DNA of 64,000 nt from an uncultured Bacilli bacterium (lineage in GTDB: Bacteria; Bacillota_I; Bacilli_A; RF39; UBA660). Below are positions 58,456-64,000 of this stretch, piece by piece. The position numbers and the translations under genes are program-made. The stretch's first letter is position 1. Every line of letters begins with the position of its first letter. The stretch is from positions 53,927-117,926 of the forward strand of contig CAKOSZ010000005.1 of assembly GCA_934119955.1 (NCBI GenBank), read 5' to 3'. Below the pieces are notes generated by a model. The model saw only the letters and a program-made list of their open reading frames with translations. It did not search any database and was not told the origin of the DNA.

Positions 58456-59003
58456 AATGTTTTTTTAAAAGAAAAGAAGAGAATGTAGATGCTTCAAAAG
58501 TAATTGATAACATAATTAAAAAACAAGAAAAAATAGAAAAATTATCTAATGAAGAATTATTAAAATTAGGCGATGAAAATGCAGTTGTAGTTAATTTTAA
58601 TTTAAGAATTAACGAAAAATGTAATGATGGGGAGGATTTATCAGTTTTAAATGACTTTGAAAAAGTATTTTATTTAGTATCAACTTTTGAAAATAGTATT
58701 AAAGAAGGTGGATTTGAATATTTCTTTTTAGAGGAAAATGGTAATTATTTTAAAGAAACAATTAATGCTTTAAGGATAATGAAAATGGATAAAATATTAA
58801 GTATTTATGAAAAAGTATTTAAAAAATTTGAAGATGCTCCAACTGATTATGATTTAAGAAATGAGTATTTTGAAAAGAAAATAACTGATAGTTTTGAAGA
58901 AAAGATATTAAGAGCAGATGAATTATTTTTAGAATTACCAAGTGGTTACTTTGAACATATAAAATATGAATATATAAAAAACAATGAGAAAAAATTTAAA
59001 TAG
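58452..59003 (+). CDS. DUF4375 / DMP19-like protein
   Basis: FENSIKEGGFEYFFLEENGNYF...ALRIMKMD fits the DMP19 C-terminal domain pattern (NGGF..ff.N). The ATGA overlap indicates translational coupling to the permease gene. Confidence 0.55.
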   Translation: MKCFFKRKEENVDASKVIDNIIKKQEKIEKLSNEELLKLGDENAVVVNFNLRINEKCNDGEDLSVLNDFEKVFYLVSTFENSIKEGGFEYFFLEENGNYFKETINALRIMKMDKILSIYEKVFKKFEDAPTDYDLRNEYFEKKITDSFEEKILRADELFLELPSGYFEHIKYEYIKNNEKKFK

Positions 59004-59037
59004 AAATATTTAAGTTTTTTTATTTTCAAATTTATAG

Positions 59038-59670
<633 letters not shown>

Positions 59671-59690
59671 AAAAAGGAGTAAGGTTTTTC

Positions 59691-61373
59691 TTACTCTTTT
59701 ACTATGGGATAAAAATTAATAATAGCATTCATTAATTTTTCATGTTTAATTACAAAATGAATAACAGGATTATTACTTTTAGAAACAATAACATAGTTAT
59801 TAGTTAAAATAGTTATATTAATATTTTTAAAAACTTTATTATTACTAATATTTAAAAAATAATTTTTATTTTTCTTAGCATACTCCTTAGTACTTTTTAA
59901 ATGTTTATTAAATTCAGTTTTAGTATAATAAATTTTTTTCTCATAGAAAATATTTTCTAAGGCTAAATAAGAATTATCAAATTCATAACAATTATCAATT
60001 AAAATATTATTTTCTAAAATTAAATTAATATTTTTTTCTTCTTCTTTTTTATATTCTAAGATTTTATTTATTTCTTCATCATTTAAATTATTTCTTTTTA
60101 AAATACTTAATAATAAACTATTCTCAATAGTAAAAATAGGTAAACTAGTTAAATATCTTTCTCTTTTTTCTTTTATATTTAAACTATTATTTAAAAAGTT
60201 TTTAAAAAAATTACTACTTGTATTATTATAAATTTCCATTAATGGTAAGGCTTTTTTAAACAAATTATTAGTTTTTTCTTGATAATAATTTATTTCTTTT
60301 AAATTAGTAGTTAAATAATATTTACCTTTATCGTGATGACCTTTAATGGCTTCCCCAGTTAAACTAATTGGATATTTAAAATAATTTAAGTGTTCAAATA
60401 CATTGTCTTTATAATCTTTTAAATAAAAAGGATTAATTAAACCAGTCATATAAAGAGGTATCCAACTTTCAAGACCTAAAATCATTTCTTTAAATGGTCT
60501 ATCTAAATTATGAATAATATTAATATGTATTCCTTTTTTTAAACAAAAAGCAATTCCAAGCATCCATTTTTTACCAAATTCTATATCACTTGCCATATCT
60601 TCCATTTTCATATCACTCATCATATAAATATCACTTTTATTTTTACTTAAAACAGCTGCTTTAAAAAAATCAATCTCAGCCATTTTCATTTCTTCTAAAC
60701 CATAATAATTTTTATTTTTAACATGATATATTAATAAGTTTGGTACTTTTAATTCATCAAATTTAATTACTTTTATATAATCGTTTAAATTAAAGTTATC
60801 AAAATTAATTAAAAAATCGCTTATATAATTATTAGATTTATTATTAAGTAAATAATCTTTTATTATTTTTTCTAAATTTGTAAAATTATCTTGGTTAAAA
60901 AATTCTTTTAAAGTATTTAAATCAGTTTCACTTGTATATTTAATTTTTATATAATTAGATATTTTATTTATAAAAGTTAAAGGCTCACTTGGTTTAATTT
61001 TATTATATCTAACTCTTGATATATAAGAAGAATCAAAACTAATATACTTTGACATATCTTTTAAATTAAGGTTCAAACCATTTATTAATTCATTTAAATT
61101 ATTGCTTAATGTATCATAGTCAAATTCATCTTTATTAAGAGAATTTCTTAAATTAGTTTCTATTTCTTTATTATCTAAAATATTATTATTTTCTTGATTA
61201 AGAGTAATAAGTGAGTTTATTAAACTATTTAATTGACTACTATTTGGTTTAGGAGTTCTGGTTCCATTTCTATATCTACTAATAACTGATTTATTAATAT
61301 TTGTTATATTTGCTAACTTAGTAGTTGTACAATTTAGTTTTTCTAAATAAGAATTTAAATAATCTTTAAACAT
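59691..61373 (-). CDS. Large (560 aa) protein with N-terminal XRE-type HTH, remainder unknown
   Basis: TTTKLANITNINKSVISRYRNGTRTP and a second HTH-like segment (LKDMSKYISFDSSYISRVRYNK). No TM. Confidence 0.6.
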   Translation of the reverse strand: MFKDYLNSYLEKLNCTTTKLANITNINKSVISRYRNGTRTPKPNSSQLNSLINSLITLNQENNNILDNKEIETNLRNSLNKDEFDYDTLSNNLNELINGLNLNLKDMSKYISFDSSYISRVRYNKIKPSEPLTFINKISNYIKIKYTSETDLNTLKEFFNQDNFTNLEKIIKDYLLNNKSNNYISDFLINFDNFNLNDYIKVIKFDELKVPNLLIYHVKNKNYYGLEEMKMAEIDFFKAAVLSKNKSDIYMMSDMKMEDMASDIEFGKKWMLGIAFCLKKGIHINIIHNLDRPFKEMILGLESWIPLYMTGLINPFYLKDYKDNVFEHLNYFKYPISLTGEAIKGHHDKGKYYLTTNLKEINYYQEKTNNLFKKALPLMEIYNNTSSNFFKNFLNNSLNIKEKRERYLTSLPIFTIENSLLLSILKRNNLNDEEINKILEYKKEEEKNINLILENNILIDNCYEFDNSYLALENIFYEKKIYYTKTEFNKHLKSTKEYAKKNKNYFLNISNNKVFKNINITILTNNYVIVSKSNNPVIHFVIKHEKLMNAIINFYPIVKE

Positions 61374-61443
61374 AATATCACCAAGGTTATTATACTATAT
61401 TTTTTTAATTTGAAAATGTTTTGTGTCAAATAAATTTAAAAAA

Positions 61444-61476
61444 GTTTCCAAAATAATCATTGATTAAAATGGAAAC
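61444..61476. promoter_or_regulatory. Inverted repeat in the divergent intergenic region
   Basis: GTTTCCA-(19 nt)-TGGAAAC. Confidence 0.3.
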
Positions 61477-61536
61477 TTAATTGTTAGTTTTAAGTATTTT
61501 AGATATACTAATTAGTGATAGGAGTTTATATAAGAT

Positions 61537-62640
61537 ATGAAAGAAAAAATAAAAGATATGAAAGAAAAATTAAAAAAATTCAATTTCAAAGATAAAAAAA
61601 ATCTAATGATAGTGGGTCTTTTTGTAGTAATTGTTGTATTACTTGTTGTTTTACTTGGTAAGAAGGGAGGAATTAGTATGATTAATCCTGACAGTAAATT
61701 AAAAATTAGGAAAAGTGAAGTTAGTAATATTGTTTTAGAAGATTATAGTAATTCTTATTTTAATATTAAAAAACCAAAAGGATGGAAAGTAGATACTTTA
61801 GGAGACTTTATTCATTATACAATTAAAGTATATAATCCAGAAAATCCTATTTATCAGTTCTTCTTCAATATGAAAACAGAAGGTTATAACAAATCAGAAG
61901 ATGCTAAAAGATGGCAGCAAAAATATTACCCTAATAATATGTTTGCTAAAACTTCAGTAATTGCTACTAAGGATACCGAAGGATTTTATAAAATATTTAA
62001 TGATTTAGGTACTTTAAATAATACTAGTACCTTTACATTTCCAACATTAACTGATTTTACTGTAACTGATAATTTAGGCAAAGGCAGTTTAGGTGGAGAT
62101 ATGCTAAGAGCAACATTTAAAGATGCTAATGGTAAAGATAGTGAAGGAATATTTACTGCTTATGTATATGATCCAGGACCATACTATGTTAATGAGAATA
62201 TCATGTCAGGTAAAAAAATAGATATACAATACTTAAATGTATATGATGCTATCTTTATTACAACACCAAAAGATGAACTTATAGATTGGCAAGATACATT
62301 GAATACTATTTGTTCTTCACTAGAATTCACAGATACCTTTATAAATGGATTTAATCAACAACAAGACGCAGTCATGAAAAACTTCCAACAAATTAGAGCA
62401 ATAGGTAATCAAATAAGTGATGGAATAATGGATTCTTGGAATAAAAGAAATAAATCATTTGATATTATGAGTCAAAAACAAAGTGATGCAACTCTTGGTT
62501 ATGAAAGAGTGTATGATACAGAAACTAATGAAGTTTACAAAGCCTATAATGGTTTTACTGATGACTATGATGGCAAAAGATATAAATCTATAACTGATGA
62601 TATGTATACAGAAAAAATAACTGGTTATATAGAAAAGTAG
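61537..62640 (+). CDS. Membrane-anchored extracytoplasmic protein, unknown function
   Basis: Charged N-terminus, single TM (LMIVGLFVVIVVLLVVLL), 310-aa soluble domain. RBS AGGAG. Confidence 0.55.
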   Translation: MKEKIKDMKEKLKKFNFKDKKNLMIVGLFVVIVVLLVVLLGKKGGISMINPDSKLKIRKSEVSNIVLEDYSNSYFNIKKPKGWKVDTLGDFIHYTIKVYNPENPIYQFFFNMKTEGYNKSEDAKRWQQKYYPNNMFAKTSVIATKDTEGFYKIFNDLGTLNNTSTFTFPTLTDFTVTDNLGKGSLGGDMLRATFKDANGKDSEGIFTAYVYDPGPYYVNENIMSGKKIDIQYLNVYDAIFITTPKDELIDWQDTLNTICSSLEFTDTFINGFNQQQDAVMKNFQQIRAIGNQISDGIMDSWNKRNKSFDIMSQKQSDATLGYERVYDTETNEVYKAYNGFTDDYDGKRYKSITDDMYTEKITGYIEK

Positions 62641-62645
62641 GTATT

Positions 62646-63608
62646 ATGAAAAATAAAAATAAATTAATTATAATTCTTTTTGTAGTAGTAATTCTTCTTA
62701 TACTTTTAATAGTACTATTACCTAATAAAAATAATTCTAATAATTCTAACAAATCTAATAATAATGATAAAAATAATACTACTATAACTAATAATAGTAA
62801 GAGTAAGTTATTAAAATATGTAGTTAAAATGAAAAAGAAAAATGTAAATGATTATAGGCAAATTGAAAATTTAAATATTTTAAATACTAATACAAGTTTT
62901 CGTAATTATGCGTTTATAAGTGATAATAAAATTTATGTTTTTAATCCAAATAAGTTAGATGATGGAGAATTTGTCTATAAAAAAGTATATGATATTTCAA
63001 GTGAGATTAAAGTTATGAATATTGTTCCTGGGTATGGTTCTGATATTAGTTTTTATGATTATAGTGATAATTTATATACTTTAAATGATGATAACTTAGA
63101 TAATAAAGTAGTAGATAATTATAGTATGTATGAAAATGCTAGTTATAATAATCTTACTAAAAAAGAAAATTATTCTAAGGAATATTTAGGTTCTAAGGTT
63201 TCTTATGACTTTATGTCAACTTATGCTTATGTTAATGATAATAAACTTTATATGATTATGTATGGAAATGAAAAATATCCAACTTTTAAAGAAATTGATA
63301 GTTCTTATAAAGGTGAAAAAATAATTAGAATTTATAATGAAAGAATTGTTAAAACTGATAAATCTTTTTATGAAATAATGAAATATTTTGATACTAATAC
63401 AAATGAAACTAAAAATATTTTAGTTAAAATTAAATCTTTAACTAAGTATTATGATGAAGTTTTAACTTTTACTTATAAATATGTAATTTTAAAAGATTAT
63501 ACAATTATTCCTATAAATGATGTAATGGAAAATAGAGTAAGAGATTATAATAATGATTACTTTTTAAGTGGATTTAACTATATGAATGAAGTTAGATACG
63601 AGGAATAG
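62646..63608 (+). CDS. Membrane-anchored extracytoplasmic protein with Asn-rich linker, unknown function
   Basis: Single TM and a poly-N/S linker. Starts 5 nt after the upstream stop. Confidence 0.55.
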   Translation: MKNKNKLIIILFVVVILLILLIVLLPNKNNSNNSNKSNNNDKNNTTITNNSKSKLLKYVVKMKKKNVNDYRQIENLNILNTNTSFRNYAFISDNKIYVFNPNKLDDGEFVYKKVYDISSEIKVMNIVPGYGSDISFYDYSDNLYTLNDDNLDNKVVDNYSMYENASYNNLTKKENYSKEYLGSKVSYDFMSTYAYVNDNKLYMIMYGNEKYPTFKEIDSSYKGEKIIRIYNERIVKTDKSFYEIMKYFDTNTNETKNILVKIKSLTKYYDEVLTFTYKYVILKDYTIIPINDVMENRVRDYNNDYFLSGFNYMNEVRYEE

Positions 63609-63650
63609 TTTTTCTTTTTCTAGTTTAATGATATAATATATATGATGTTT

Positions 63651-64000
63651 ATGAAAAAATTAATTAAATATATTTTTATTATATTAATAATAGGTTTAGT
63701 TCTAGTTGTTGGAATTGATTTATATGTTAAATTAAGTACTAAAAATGATATAAAAAATGAATTAGAAATTAACAATACTTTTGATTGTATTTTAGTATTA
63801 GGTGCTGGGGTTAGAGGAAGTGAACCTAGTCCACTTTTAAAAGAAAGATTAGACACAGGTATTTCTTTGTATAAAAATAAAAAGGCTCCTAAAATAATTA
63901 TGTCAGGAGATCATGGTAAAGCAAATTACGATGAAGTTAATGTAATGAGAAAATATGCCATTTCTAAGGGAGTCTTAGAAGAAGATATCTTCATGGATCA
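63651..64000 (+). CDS. SanA/YdcF (DUF218) family protein, 3' end outside window; absent from the ORF track
   Basis: Hand translation: MKKLIKYIFIILIIGLVLVVGIDLYV...DCILVLGAGVRGSEPSPLLKERLDTGISLYKNKKAPKIIMSGDHGKANYDEVNVMRKYA. This fits the SanA signature (ILVLGA......PS..L..RLD....LY.......i..SGD). Alternative in-frame ATGs at 63642 and 63645. Confidence 0.75.
   Translation, partial: MKKLIKYIFIILIIGLVLVVGIDLYVKLSTKNDIKNELEINNTFDCILVLGAGVRGSEPSPLLKERLDTGISLYKNKKAPKIIMSGDHGKANYDEVNVMRKYAISKGVLEEDIFMD

Noticed and set aside
63620-63856. Minus-strand ORF 63620-63856 from the ORF track
   Set aside because: The plus strand encodes a much better SanA/DUF218-like protein from 63651 to the window end. 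It is missing from the track because it has no stop in the window. The minus ORF is its antisense shadow.

Overview
Very AT-rich chromosomal segment of a Bacillota (Firmicutes) bacterium using the standard genetic code: TGA ends several genes. Gene order is Bacilli/Erysipelotrichia-like. In order it carries a Bce-type peptide-resistance module, ppa, lysS, sspI, mraZ-rsmH-ftsL-pbpB, recU-ponA, rny, PFOR, a thioester-domain adhesin with sortase, the glmS ribozyme and glmS, recG, yvcK, dnaD-nth, a Pro T-box and proS, ylbD/E/F-rsmD, ruvAB-queA and add. PFOR plus spore-associated genes (sspI, ylbD, a SleB-type hydrolase, a collagen-like protein) suggest an anaerobic spore-former. I saw no rRNA, tRNA, CRISPR array, transposase, integrase or phage structural genes. 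Four accessory patches interrupt the housekeeping blocks. (1) A recG-downstream island (about 30.2-36.1 kb) holds an orphan HExxH protein and a Fic protein, each a separate promoter/terminator cassette. It also has a duplicated structured module with compensatory stem changes, a 21-bp exact direct repeat flanking the HExxH gene, a four-site AGGTAA palindrome, a candidate small RNA, a decayed ORF and a DUF2130 nuclease-like gene. (2) Three dispersed exported proteins share an N-terminal anchor with a SipW-type-like motif and a beta-rich module, fused to different C-terminal domains. (3) An ABC exporter operon has a perfect palindromic operator but no regulator gene, and a translationally coupled DMP19/DUF4375-like gene. 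(4) A collagen-like 45-bp-repeat gene sits next to a 560-aa HTH protein, which is divergent from two membrane-anchored proteins of unknown function. All family assignments come from motifs read by eye; no database search was run.
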